A DNA stretch of 64,000 nt from a virus. Lineage: Duplodnaviria > Caudoviricetes. Made by a program: the position numbers and the translations under genes. Shown here one piece after another: positions 39,728-51,928 of this stretch (positions are counted from its first letter, which is position 1; every line of letters begins with the position of its first letter). Below the pieces are notes generated by a model. That model searched no databases. It saw nothing but the letters and a program-made list of their open reading frames with translations, and was not told the origin of the DNA. The DNA is taken from positions 128,001 to 192,000 of the IMG/VR virus record IMGVR_UViG_3300029288_000001. One strand, given 5' to 3'.

Positions 39728-42700
39728 TTATTTTATTTTATTAAGGTTCTCTAATATCTTCTTTTTATAGCTCTCGAACGAGGTAGCTTGGGTCGCAGAT
39801 TCTACGCTTTTATCTACCGCTTGTAACGCTTGCATGGCTTTTGTTACGCTAGTCCGTATGTCTTTTAGTTTATCGTAGCCAATCTTGGTCGTGACTAACC
39901 TTAATACATCTTCCATCATCCGGTTGCCTGCGCTTACCATAGGAAATACCGACTCGTCCTTACTACATATATGGTATTCGTTAAGAAGCTTACTAAATCC
40001 AAATGTAGAGTGGAGGAGTCTTTCAACATTCATAGTGTCGAGCTTAGTTTGTTTGATCTCTCCTTCTAACCCTTGGAGGTATCGTTTATAGCCGTCCTGG
40101 AGCGCCTTACAATTATCCTTTTTTTCACTCATACTATTCTTATCCATTTACAGATTAAAAAAGGTTATGATCAAGAAATAAAAAAAAATAATATTATATA
40201 GATTATAAACCATCTAGATCGTGTCCATCGAATAGATCGTCTTTCTTGGGCTTGGGAGTCGCGTCTTTCGTTAGTTTATTACTATCCATGATCTCGTTAA
40301 TCTCTTTAAGTATACGCGCATTTTCCTCAAGGTCATGCTTGGTATCGTTAGAACGACTTAAAAGCTTTACCATAGTTTTTATGAAATCTTTATCGTTTGG
40401 TATCTTACCATCAGGCATTGATTTTATGAGATCCTTGAAAACCTCTAATGTTGGATCGGCAAGACCTTGCTCTTTTCTTTTCTTTACCATATCTGCGAAT
40501 ACATCATGCAACTGACAGATAGTTATTTTATCTTCTAAAGTCTTCCGCACGCCTTCTAATGGGCTTATATTCCTAGACCGTCCTTTCTTTTTCTCTTCGT
40601 GTGGTTTTGGTTTAAAACGAGGACGCAAAGTAAACTCCATTTTTACTCGGTCTTTCTCGTTATCGATATCGTAGCGCACTATTCTCCCACCACTGGCGAC
40701 TATAGCCTTTATGGCAGCCCCCAGGCACTCCGTCGTGCGGAGTTCTCTCTTTTCTTTTTCCTCTGGTGTAATTATTTCATGCATTATTTTCTTTTCCTCC
40801 ACATTGTAATTTTTAATAGTAACTAATACTAAGAATAAAACAATTAAAAATATAGTTATTAAAATAAGAATAATTAATCTAAGACTATGCCTTTGTTAGC
40901 CTCGTCTAAGTCCATACCAGAGTCTATCGCCGCGTGGCATCCACAGATAATACACCATACGATTAACGCGAGTATTCCAATTAGAACGTGGAGTCCTTCG
41001 ATCTCAATAGCTATAAAAATATAAATAAAAATAAGGAAAATACCGATACAGAAGATCGCGGAATGTTTCAAGGTAGTTTGTTGCCTTGGCATAGACTTTA
41101 GCTCTTCCCGTCTGCCTTCTCTTTCTTCTCTTTAAGTATGGCTTGTAACGCTTCTATCAGCTTAGATATCATCGTATCGCTCTCGTCCTTAGAGTTAGCG
41201 TTATTTCCCTTTAATGCGCCAAGCATTTGCATCATCAACATTGTTTGCATTATGTTATTACTGTTACTTCCTTCTCTTTCCTTTTTAATGTCTTCTATAC
41301 TATTCAACCTTCGATCGTCGATGTAGATAACTGGGAATTCGTCGCTATCGGAGTCCCATTCCACTTTTACATGCATCCATCTAGTGCCATCGTGTAAGAA
41401 CTGCTCTCCTTTCATCATGTATCTATGTCGCCTTTTTCGCTTTTGGTTTGGGAGCTTCTTCCTTCTTAGGTGCTTCTTCCTTTTCTACTTCCTCTTCTTT
41501 CTTCTCTTCCTGCTTTGAGAGCTTATTGAGAACGGGCTTTATCTGCTCTGCTATTCGTCCCCATAACTCTTTATCGTCGAATAAGTTTTGGATCCCATCG
41601 GCGAATACTCCGGCAAGTCTTAATACGCCTGCCATAAGCGCACCCGCATCGTCCTTCGATAATCTTAAAGTAAGGAAGTTGTCGTGGTGATGTCCGTGGT
41701 GGAACCCTCCTCGTAGTTGTCCTGGCATCATCGGTGGGAACGGACGTCTAATCGGCTCTGGTCTATCTGCTATTAACTTATACGTGGATTCTGCTAATCC
41801 TTTAATTTCGCGTAAGAATTCTACTATAGAAAGCTCTTTTTCCTTTTCTTCTTTCTTTTCGCTCATATTTTTTCTATTATAATTTAGTTTATTTTGTTAT
41901 TATAGTAATATAGGTTTAAACCATTTAAAAATGTGGTTATCAATCCTATAATAAAGGCACAGATCTAATTAAATATAAGGAACGCCTTCTATATTATATG
42001 GTAGATAACCTTGGTCCTTTGGAGAAATTAAGTAAGGAAGAGCTTGAAGCGCTAATTAAGAAAGCAGAGAACGACCCCCGTTTTTTGAAGAAAGATCCCT
42101 ACTTTACCTACGAGTGTTTAATCTGCAACCAGACCTTTGAAGGTATAATGTCCTACAACGAAGAGGATTGCACGCATTATTATATGTTGGAATGCGACGC
42201 GGGAAATTATTGTCTTCCCGTATGCGAAAGTTGTGGAGATGTTTTATTCCCTATATTACCTAATGGTAAGATGATCTATGTTTTAAACATTACAAAACCC
42301 GTTTTCCTCGACGCGGAGAAGTTAACCTTAAAGGATACATAAATCTTCTTATTCTTTTTCCCACGCGCGAGCCTCGTCGATCTCTTCTATAGAGAGCTTT
42401 CCGTCTAGCTCTATAGAGTCTTCTAAGTCCTGTAGGAGGTCGCGCTGCGTAGTCATTTCTTTAGTCATAACAGAGTAAAAATCCGTATCCTCATCGGAGA
42501 GTAGTATTGTAGGGAGCTTGTCTAGACACTCTTTTAACAATAAGACTCGTTGCTTCTCCCGCAGGGCGATGTTTTCGTGGAGCATATGGAGCTCAGTCTT
42601 AATATAATCTGAGTCTTTTAATCGATAGTTCGCGCGTAGACTTACTAAATCTTCTAAGTCCATTTTCCTTAGAGCGGTATAACCATCTATGGCAATGTTG

Positions 42701-42768
42701 CATAAAGGATTACCTTTCTTATTTCCAGACTCTTGGTCTGGCTCATCGGCGGGATATGGAACTACCAT
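39728..42768. CDS. Seven hypothetical genes, mostly on the minus strand; 40874-41092 is a membrane protein and 41998-42342 (+) is a zinc-finger protein
   Basis: Non-overlapping ORFs with no diagnostic motifs. Confidence 0.55.
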
Positions 42769-42868
42769 GCGATCATATCTTGTAACAGTTTATAAGTATA
42801 GTATAGAAGTTAATATTAATAAACTCGTAGATCCATTTATATATTTAAATAGAATAGAACTAGATCGT

Positions 42869-42943
42869 AATGGCGTGGGTTAGCATGGTAAGACCGCAAG
42901 GTTCATGCCCTTGAAATCGCTCGTTCAAATCGAGCCGCCATTA
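42869..42943 (+). tRNA. tRNA-Met(CAU), initiator-like (A1:U72)
   Basis: Acceptor AATGGCG/CGCCATT A; anticodon arm CAAGG TT CAT GC CCTTG; T-arm GCTCG TTCAAAT CGAGC; TATA box upstream. Confidence 0.9.
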
Positions 42944-43134
42944 TTATTAGATCGTATGGATAGACCACAGATTTGTTCGGAATGCGATAATTGGAGCTGG
43001 GAGTTCGAGACCGACAGCATGCTCATGGGATACTGCGTGGTTAAGAAAGAAACCGTAGACGGCTTACTACAACCGTATTTCAATCGCTGTAATCGATTCG
43101 AGCGCGAAGAGTTTCCATGGGAGGAGAAGATAGA

Positions 43135-44491
43135 ATGGTAGATAAAAAGACTCTCCGCGACGTGGACAGCGTGGTCTGCGAGAACAAGGAGGTATGGAGA
43201 GACACACCTGCGGGACCAGGTCTACGGTTAGAGAAACAATTCGTGGAATGTCGCATATCCCATACGACCGTAGATGTGGAAGGAAAGCCGATGAAGGCAA
43301 TAGAGACCGTGCGAGGCGATGTTGGAGTGGGTATCCACGATCACGCCGCCAGTGCCTATATCTTCGTTCCAAAGAATCCTCGTCAGCGGTATAAAATGGC
43401 GCAGGTTTCTTTTAATTTTCAAGAATCCGACCACATGTATTGCGAAATTAACTCGCCTGGTAACTCCGATCATAAACTCGTAGAGTGCAGTAAGGAGGCA
43501 CGATGACATGGTAAATATGGTAGATAAGAAAGTATATAAAAATGTAGCACATGTAGAATGCTGGCACGATACGAAAAGTAATCCTAGTCACTGTGAAATC
43601 TTTTACGCTATTATCAATATCGAAGGAAAAAAAGAAGAGGTCATTTCACAGATTCAAAACATTTGGCAGGCTAGTTTCGCCGATACACCTGTAAGCGTAA
43701 ATGCGTATGGAAGTTCTCGTGGGCATTTTGCTTTTGATCAGATTAGCGTTAATTTTGATGGAGGAACTGGCAAGTGCGAAGTAGAAGAAGCCATCCATGA
43801 GGGGGGTATAAAAGGTGCTTCAATAAGATGTTATAAGGAGGCACGATAATATGATAGAGAAGAGAACCTTTAACGATGTATCCGCGGTAGATTGTAGTAT
43901 AAATCCAGACGAGAAGAAACTCTACTGTAGTATAGACCATTCCGTGATCGATATAGAAGGAAAATCAATGGAAACGGTAACGCAGCTTCCTCCTTTATAT
44001 GGCGCGTATATGTTCGATCTAATGTATTCTATCGCTAACATGGAAAATTTTACGATCACCAATACTGAGTGGAAATTCAATACTAATGATCACATTCGCT
44101 GCGAATTACTGGATGTTGATAACGATGCTCGCGTAAAACTAAATTGCAGGAAGGTGCTTCGTTAACGGATAAAGTTTATAGAGACATCTACGACCTGCAA
44201 TGTTTTAACAAATACAACGCGTCGGGAGAGAACGAGAATGTGCGGTGTAGAATAGACTACCATATCGTAAATATAGATGGAAAGAAAGAGACTGCGACGG
44301 ATTATATAGAAGGTAAGATAGAAGTAGTCATGAACGCGGTTAACCCTGCCGCTATAAAAATAGATTCCTCTCAAAATAAGCTAGATTACGCGAGGTTTGT
44401 TTTTACCCCTCTCTTATATCAATGCACGCTCCACGAGAATGGTTCTCTCTTAAAATTAGAGTGCGAGAACGCGCCTGAGGAGGAGAAGTAG
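43135..44491 (+). CDS. Four tandem four-Cys family paralogs (43135-43506, 43508-43849, 43851-44165, 44165-44491 with ACG start)
   Basis: Shared [DN][VI][ED]GK motif and four Cys. Confidence 0.85.
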
Positions 44492-44498
44492 AAATATA

Positions 44499-44966
44499 TT
44501 ATAAATCCTTATATTTAATAAATTTAGTTTGTTTAATTTCTGATTCTAGACAATTCCATTTTTTTAATTTATCCTCGTCATTTTTAAGATAGATTGGTAA
44601 CTCAAGCTCCACATATTCTCGATCGTTTTCTTCGTTTTCTTCGTCTGTTTTATGTGGATCGTAATATTTTTGAATTTTTGTATTAAAACCGCATTTAGAA
44701 CCTATATTCATTAAAATCTGGTTGTTTCTTTCGCTATATGGAGTAAACGCTATATATCCTTCCATGCTCAATCCTTTTGGATGATCTTGTTGTAGACCAG
44801 AGCAGGAATGATCCGTATGAGTGCCAGTATAATTAATACGAGAAACTATATCTGCAATTCCTTTATCTACATTATCCCAAGCTACACATACTTCCTTTTC
44901 GTTATCTTTACGAGGATATATAATATACCACTTTTTCTTATTAAACGCACTTTTTTTCCATACTAT
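44499..44966 (-). CDS. Protein with a TYW3-like motif; ATA start
   Basis: The extension contains VDKGIADIVSRIN..G..T..SCSG; an in-frame TGA lies two codons above ATA. Confidence 0.5.
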   Translation of the reverse strand: MVWKKSAFNKKKWYIIYPRKDNEKEVCVAWDNVDKGIADIVSRINYTGTHTDHSCSGLQQDHPKGLSMEGYIAFTPYSERNNQILMNIGSKCGFNTKIQKYYDPHKTDEENEENDREYVELELPIYLKNDEDKLKKWNCLESEIKQTKFIKYKDL

Positions 44967-45484
44967 AGATCATAAGATCGTATTCGTTCTATAAAAAACT
45001 TAATATAAAAGAAAGGGTCTTTAACATCTATGAAAGATTGTACTCGAAGGTTAATACGAAACCTCGTGTCGGGAATCGGACTCGAAGTAATGGCTATTGC
45101 CGCGCACGAATGGACGAAGGACAGAGTGCCAAAAACTGAGTCGAATGTGATCGCGGGAATGTTCGCCGTTACGGGGGGACATTTCATCGGTGCGGGACTC
45201 AATAAATGGCGAAAGTGTAGGCGATAAACATGGCTAAGAACAAGTTTACAGAACTATTAATGGAATTACTCGCGAATCGGTCCACCCACGCGGGCGTGTC
45301 CGATCAATGGAAAATGGCAATGCACCAATGTAACGATCACAAGGACAAGAAGGCGTGCGAACGCGCAGAGAACTATGGTAATGAAGCGACTAAGCTCGAT
45401 AAAGAATACAAGGAAGAGATTGAAGAGCTTAAGAAGCTTGACCCAATGTTCTATAACAAATAAATATTATGGGAGTTAGAAATA

Positions 45485-46451
45485 ATGGACGATATACAGA
45501 CCTTCAAGAATGTAGCGTATGTGTCGTGCGAACTACTTATTCGTTCCCATCATTTTGCGGGACGATCTCCTCCAATTCCACTTAGATGGGATTGTTATAT
45601 TCGCTCCGAGATAGATACCATTGAAGGGGATAAAGAAGGAAGAATCGAGACACTAATAGATCTTGAAGATGTGTTTATAGAAAATGTCTCGCCCGTTAAC
45701 CTACACGAGAGAACGTTTATTATAGGTAATAGCGTGGCTTATCCTCCCAGATACTTTCAATGTAAGTATTATTCCAATCTCCATAAGCTAGACTGCGAGG
45801 TGGCGAAGTAACGACCGACGATAGAAAGAAGTTCAATAAAACAATAGTAATACAATGCGATCCACACCCATCAGAGTATAATGTAGCTACTTACCTATGC
45901 GATCTCCACCACGAGGTTGTCACGGTCGAGGGGAAAGAGGAATCATACCTAGAAAAACTGCCCGTAGATCACATCGCGGTTCAACCAAGAACTAATGTTG
46001 GTTTCTATGTTCATGGACGAATGATCCAGATAGGAAGTCGTTCCTTACCTCTATTGGGTCTCCCTCAAAAATACATGAAGTGCGAGTATATTCCGTCTAT
46101 CTACCAATTAAACTGCGAGGGGATTGACTAACGAACATAACCATTAAGAACGTGATTAACATAGGATGCGAGGAGGACCCTCAAAATCATTTAGACGACC
46201 TCTATGGATGCTTAATCTCGTATAGAGCCATGGATGTAGAAGGAAAGGAATCCATCTTCCACAAACATGTGCATAACGCGATCCATATAGATACGAATAG
46301 AGTAGGCTTCCATAGATCGTCGTGGGACGAGGACACTCCTACCATGGAGGTTTCCTTCCGCGAAGAGATGGACGGAAAAGTCTCGTGCTCCATTCGAGAG
46401 ACTGGTTTAAACGGAGCATATCACAATATCGAGTGCCACAAAGAAGAATAA
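45485..46451 (+). CDS. Three tandem four-Cys family paralogs (45485-45811, 45811-46131 with ACG start, 46131-46451 with ACG start)
   Basis: [IV]EG[KD] motif; TAACG stop/start overlaps; the middle gene is absent from the ORF track. Confidence 0.8.
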
Positions 46452-46515
46452 AAAAAGATTTAATATATTTTATCTAATTTTACCCAACTTGTTCTTATAC
46501 CACCGATCTACCAGA

Positions 46516-47445
46516 TCAACCATTATAAACATATATATACTCTAATAAAGTTCCCGTTTTTTTAGTTTTGATCATCTTCGCGATATTCTCCTTTGTTGGT
46601 TCTAGAACGAATTCCTTTCTTTTATTAGCTTTAGAATGCACCCATAAATGGCATCCGTGACACAATAAGATTAAATTACTTAACACGAGTCGTAGCGATT
46701 TGCATTCGTATCCAATAATGTGGTGCACATTTGGAAAGTGCTCGTCGTATTGATTTATTGATAGTATAGTAGGATTACCACAATGTTGGCACATACCATT
46801 GTAGCGTTGGTAGGTGATCCTCCACGCCTTCTTCCATTCTCGTCTATGCATAAAGATATCTCTTTCCTTACTTATTCCTCCTTTCCAATTATAATTTCTT
46901 GGACCACTTACAGATAGAGCGATCTTTTTTTTAGTTTCTTCTGTAGGGTGTTTTCCTTTATGAGCTTCAATTGCTTGTTGTGAAAGTCTTCTACCTTTAT
47001 TTGCTTTACTAATTTTTCGTTTTGTTTCTTCCGATAGTTTCTTTCCCTTAAGGCTTATACTATTTGCTTCACCAATTCTTCGTTTTGTTTCTTCCGAAGG
47101 ATGTCTTCCTTTATTACTTTCGCTTATCTTTCTTCTTGTTTCTTCAGATAAACGCTTACCCTTATGAACTTCTGACATTCTTTTCCTTATTTCCAATGAA
47201 GGGTGCTTTCCAGTATTTGCCTTAGCGATCTTTTTTTTATGTTCTTTAGATAAAATCTTACCAATATTTGCCTGTCTTAATTTTTCTCTTGTCTCTTTTG
47301 TAATCTCTCTTTTCTTTATATTCTCAGCCATTATTATTCTTTGTTTATCTTGTCTCTCTTTATTATTGGGGTCGCACCAGAATTTATGGACACCTAGATT
47401 ACTTGTTTTTCTAAACTCTCTTCCACAAAACTCACATTTAAACAT
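46516..47445 (-). mobile_element. Free-standing HNH homing endonuclease with zinc finger and NUMOD3 repeats
   Basis: FKCEFCG...H; repeated (H/L)SEETKRKIS..KG; NYNWKGG; CQHCG...VHHI...NLILLCHGCH. Confidence 0.9.
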
Positions 47446-47474
47446 CTATAATCAAGGAAGATAAAGGAGACTTT

Positions 47475-47789
47475 TTATTTAAGCATTCCTAGCTTATTTT
47501 TATACCAACGTGTACTAAGATCCACATTTAGCCAATCAATTTCTTTACAATAGGTGCACTTATCGTGGTTCTGGAGCTTGTCCAATGTCTTGAACACCTC
47601 CACTTTATTGCGAGTTCTACGAAGATCTAACCGGTCTATTCTATTTTTTAAGTCTGAGATCGCGAAACACGCGCTGGACTTAGAAGCGGCACAATTCTCG
47701 AATTTACTCGAGCTCATCGTGTCTAGAAACTGTTTTATATCCGATTTGGAAGATAAGGGTTTAGCTGGGGCTTTTTTCTTAGATGGCAT
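47475..47789 (-). CDS. Hypothetical protein, probable target of the homing endonuclease
   Basis: Its C-terminus VDLSTRWYKNKLGMLK has a divergent copy at 46470-46520. Confidence 0.7.
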   Translation of the reverse strand: MPSKKKAPAKPLSSKSDIKQFLDTMSSSKFENCAASKSSACFAISDLKNRIDRLDLRRTRNKVEVFKTLDKLQNHDKCTYCKEIDWLNVDLSTRWYKNKLGMLK

Positions 47790-47869
47790 GATCTTATAAT
47801 GGCTCTATTTTAATTAACTACTAATAAATATGGTAATTAGAGTTTATATATGTTTTTATTAATGTCGGA

Positions 47870-48891
47870 TTACTTTTTCTCGTCGCGCGAGCAGAATATT
47901 TCGTTGGTCTTGGAACGGTTTCCCTCCTCCGATCTAACTAAACACTTGCCATTCCCTTGACTATAATGGTAAGCTAACGCGCCATCGGATGTGTATTTAT
48001 GCATGAACGCGCTTGACGGATCGTATACGGATACATCCATGTCTCCTTGAAACTCTTGGGTGTGCGTGTCCTTCTTCCCTTCAATGTTAATATAAGTGCT
48101 CATGATAGAACATTCCGTAGTTATATTACCCCCGTGTCGCTCGCACCGTATGTAGATCACATCGTTAATAGTCTCGCTCTTGTCTACCATTCTCTACTTC
48201 TCCATTGGCTTGCATATAATAGCTATTGTGTCGTGATCGTCTGGCTCTCTTTTCTCTAAAGTGACTACTTCGCATTGTGCTCGTGCGCTTGGATAGTAGT
48301 TGAGGATTATTCCTCTCTTATGAATTCCTTCTCTTGAGTGTATTCCCGCACCAACTGTGTTTGTGGCGTGTAAATCAACAACACCGTTATACTCGTTTGT
48401 TTTTGGCATTGGTCTTCCTTCGACATCTATAACAAAGTATTGAACTTTACACTCGTAGTAATCCATAAAAGGAGTAGCCTTTTGCACATTACATCTTATT
48501 TGGCTTACTTCATTGAGCACTTCTTTTCCACTTGGCATTTATTTACCACCAATTATTCTTCCGTTTCCTCAAATCCTATTGTTTTTCCGTGCCAATCTAA
48601 TTTAAAGGTCTGACACTTTAATACTTCTCTGTTGGGCTCGTTATATTCCTTCGCGTCAAAGTCACACACGAAAAAGGATTTTTCTAAAGGCTTAAAATCT
48701 ATAGTGTCGTATTCTGGATAGCTCGTGGCGGTTGTTTCGTAGCCTCCCTTGATCTCTATCCTCTTAATACCGCGATAGGTTCTCCCAATATCGTTTGGCA
48801 TGTCAAACATGCAGGTATACTCGGTGTCTCCCTTCTTCTTGTTGCAACCGATGAAAGAAACCTCGTTCTTGAACTTAACCTCTTCTTCCGT
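47870..48891 (-). CDS. Three four-Cys family paralogs (47870-48190, 48194-48538, 48553-48891 with ACG start)
   Basis: N[DE]V..I.C...C pattern; INIEGK and IDVEGR motifs. Confidence 0.8.
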
Positions 48892-48897
48892 GTCCTA

Positions 48898-49755
48898 TCA
48901 ACACTCTACCTTTTTCTTATCGGGATTCCATTCGCACTTCGTTTCGTAGTTAGTTATGAGCAGCTCGCACACGGGCGCTCCTTCGTTGTTATTGGTAGTG
49001 TATTTGAAACATAACGGTATGAAATTCATTCCTTCGAAGGCTTTCCGCACGCGTGGGCTATCGTTAATGCTCACGATCGCTTTAGCGTTCTTTAAACCAC
49101 GCACGGTCTTGGCAACCTCTTCTGGCGTGACTGGTCCTTCGTCCACATTGTAGTCCTTCGCGTGGTCCTCGTAGGGAGGGTCCATATATAGGAGCATCCC
49201 TGGAGCGTCGTGCTGCCTTACCACATCTCGATAATCGGCGTTTAAGACATCTGTATTTTCCATTCTTTTTTCGTAGTTTTTAATGCTCTCGGGAGTAAGT
49301 CTAGTAATAAAACACCTAGAAGGATCGTCTCTAGCGTTGCACTTCTTGTCGTGGTTGCCGTAGCCTCCTTTATCTGGGTCGAACGAGAACTTATTACCAT
49401 AAGAATGTTTGTTTAAATATAATAGCTTGCAAGGGTCTATGTCAATACCCTCTGTGACCAAATCTTTTTTATACTGCTTCCAGCGTTCCCGACTTGGCGT
49501 CATGTCGCACTGATCGTATTTAAACCCCGCTTTTAATTGTCGGAAAAACCGCGTGACGAATGGATTGATATCGTTAATGAAGTCTTTCCCTCTGGGCTTC
49601 GTCTTAAAATAAACGCTCGCACCGCACGAGAACGGCTCCCCATAGTCTGTATGCTCGGTCTTATCGATCATCTCGCCTATTTGGTCGGAGGTTCTTCCCT
49701 TACCTCCAAAACAAGTCATGATCGGGTCGAGCGCGTCGGGGTTAGTCTTAGTCAT
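48898..49755 (-). CDS. Dam-like (D12 class) N6-adenine DNA methyltransferase
   Basis: GGKGR, EPFSCGASV, INDIN, YMDPPY and ELLITNY. Confidence 0.9.
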   Translation of the reverse strand: MTKTNPDALDPIMTCFGGKGRTSDQIGEMIDKTEHTDYGEPFSCGASVYFKTKPRGKDFINDINPFVTRFFRQLKAGFKYDQCDMTPSRERWKQYKKDLVTEGIDIDPCKLLYLNKHSYGNKFSFDPDKGGYGNHDKKCNARDDPSRCFITRLTPESIKNYEKRMENTDVLNADYRDVVRQHDAPGMLLYMDPPYEDHAKDYNVDEGPVTPEEVAKTVRGLKNAKAIVSINDSPRVRKAFEGMNFIPLCFKYTTNNNEGAPVCELLITNYETKCEWNPDKKKVEC

Positions 49756-49970
49756 ATATACTATTATACCTTATGGTTATTTAATAATTTATAGGTTGAT
49801 AATAACATTTATATACGGTTTCTACTATAATAATACTCAGAGCAGTGGTGGTGTGGTTTTAGCGATCTATACTTTAAAACACTCGATTTCCATAGGTCGC
49901 GACTCGATATCATAACTATATTCCTTGCAAATAAACCTCTTTTGTTTTTTTCCCACCCACCTTGCTCGCC

Positions 49971-50702
49971 TTATCCTTTTTTTCTCCTTAAACGATTCTT
50001 GCATAATGCTGCCATTTCCTTGTCGCTACTAAATTCGTGACATAAATCCTCGACTTTTACCTCGCGTATGTTGTATATGCGCTTGGGGTCGGTTGTGATA
50101 AGTTCGTTCATCGTGCTTTCTTGTCCCATATGTGAGCCAGTGTAGCCATCGGCGGCGTCGTAGCCAAGCTCGTTCATAACATCGCCTATGTCTGGGCGTA
50201 TTACATCAATTATCTTATTATCCTTGTCGTATATAACGCGAGCAGATTCTACCGCTACTTTTCGCATATAGGAAAACGGGTCTTTATAATAAGTTTTGAG
50301 CCCATAAGGACCTCCTCCTTCGTGCTCGGCTAGCCATTTAATGTTGTCCTCTTCGTTTAATGTCTTAGCTATAAATTTTATACTCTTTTCGAAGATCGCA
50401 TCATTCTCGCGCTGGAGAGTTCTCTTGTCTAGATAATTACAGGAACACACTTTCGCTTCTACGATACCGTCCGTTTCTTTCGATCGCGATAACGAAGGCA
50501 TCCATTGAAGTATATTTTTAGCGCCATCTTTGTTATACCTCTCGAAGAAGAAGATGTTTTCTTCCCCTGAGCCTCTTCCGTGGCTAATCCGCTCGGGGTG
50601 GAACTTAGAATACTCGAACCCTTTTTCAATTATGTTTGGTATTCTCTCTCTTGGTGTAGCATGTAATACTCGTATTTCATTACAATTAGATGGACATTTC
50701 AT
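49971..50702 (-). CDS. ADP-ribosyltransferase-fold protein
   Basis: VLHATP...IIEKGF...G.G...IFF, with late NELI; paralog of the neighbouring gene (both have LGYDA.DG). Confidence 0.6.
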   Translation of the reverse strand: MKCPSNCNEIRVLHATPRERIPNIIEKGFEYSKFHPERISHGRGSGEENIFFFERYNKDGAKNILQWMPSLSRSKETDGIVEAKVCSCNYLDKRTLQRENDAIFEKSIKFIAKTLNEEDNIKWLAEHEGGGPYGLKTYYKDPFSYMRKVAVESARVIYDKDNKIIDVIRPDIGDVMNELGYDAADGYTGSHMGQESTMNELITTDPKRIYNIREVKVEDLCHEFSSDKEMAALCKNRLRRKKG

Positions 50703-51413
50703 TTATCGTTCTCCTAGCTCTTTTCCTTCGTCTTCTTTCTTAAGTGGTATGATCTCCATATCCATGATCGGTTTATTGGAAGCTAAGATCGTAGACAATG
50801 CTTTACTTATTTTATACTTTCGCCATAGATCTATATCCTGTTCGCCACCATCCATTGCATCGTAACCTAAGTGGTTTATTATATCTATTAGACCTACATT
50901 ATAGTCTGGCATTACACCACCCTCGAGTTCCTCGAAGGCATCGTTCTCCTTAAATCTAGCACCATAGGTAAACCTATGTAATAGAGAATATGAGGGATTT
51001 TTTGGTAATGGGTGCGTTTTTTCTTTGTCTTCTTTTTCCGCTCGATCTACTAACTTCTTATGGAAGTTCTCCGTGATCATATCGTTCGTAAGCTCGTTAC
51101 ATATACACGCTTTTACCTTAATTAATGCGGGCTCATCTGAGAATTGCCTTCCCGCCCTATAAGCATGTCGCTCTGCCAGTTCCTTTCCTTTGGAATTGTC
51201 TATTCCAAAAAAGAACAATCCTCCTTCATGGTGGGCGCTACTCATTCCTTCACCCATATGCTCCCCTTCCATTAATATTAAAGGTTTGAACCCTTCCTTC
51301 GCAATATTCTTGGCTCTACCAAGAGTAGTTCCATGCCATAGTGTGCGCATATCGCATTTAAGGTTACACTCATCGTATTTCTTATATTTTGTCTGTTCTA
51401 TTTTTAATGGCAT
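50703..51413 (-). CDS. ADP-ribosyltransferase-fold protein
   Basis: LWHGTT..AKNIAKEGF...GGLFFF...A..HA. Confidence 0.65.
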   Translation of the reverse strand: MPLKIEQTKYKKYDECNLKCDMRTLWHGTTLGRAKNIAKEGFKPLILMEGEHMGEGMSSAHHEGGLFFFGIDNSKGKELAERHAYRAGRQFSDEPALIKVKACICNELTNDMITENFHKKLVDRAEKEDKEKTHPLPKNPSYSLLHRFTYGARFKENDAFEELEGGVMPDYNVGLIDIINHLGYDAMDGGEQDIDLWRKYKISKALSTILASNKPIMDMEIIPLKKEDEGKELGER

Positions 51414-51928
51414 TTATTCTTCCTCCTCCTTTATAATCTATCCTCTAATTTCTTAATAAATTTCTTAAAGATCTTTTTAAGTCCTTGAACGCCAGTTAGA
51501 TATCCTTCCGATTTTACTATTTCCTGCATTATTTCTGGTATTTCAAGTAGGATTTCCTTTCTACACGAGTCCTTCATTTTGGTATCCTTAACCACTTTCT
51601 TAAACTCCTCGAGTTTTGGATACCACTCGTTGATTCCCTTATTGATCGTGGCTTTGTTCTTAGTATAATAATTACATTTCTCCAACGCGTCCATTCCAGA
51701 CTCGTGACCATACATCTTTAGAATATTGATCTTGGAATTTATGTACTCTTTATCCACGAAACACACGGACTTCGTTAGATCGCGAAATATATCGCCTATA
51801 GCTTCGATAGCAGCTTGCCCAAATGGGTCTCTATGCTCTATAATCGTGTCTTGGTATTTAAATAACTTATCTAACGCGGCTTTATCACAGGTATGTGTAT
51901 CTATCTTACATTGTTTTGGTTCTACCAT

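Noticed and set aside
42905-42955. ORF start at 42905
   Set aside because: It lies inside tRNA-Met; the ATG at 42956 is more plausible.
46900-47300. DNA-level repeat array
   Set aside because: It reflects NUMOD3 protein repeats within the HNH gene.
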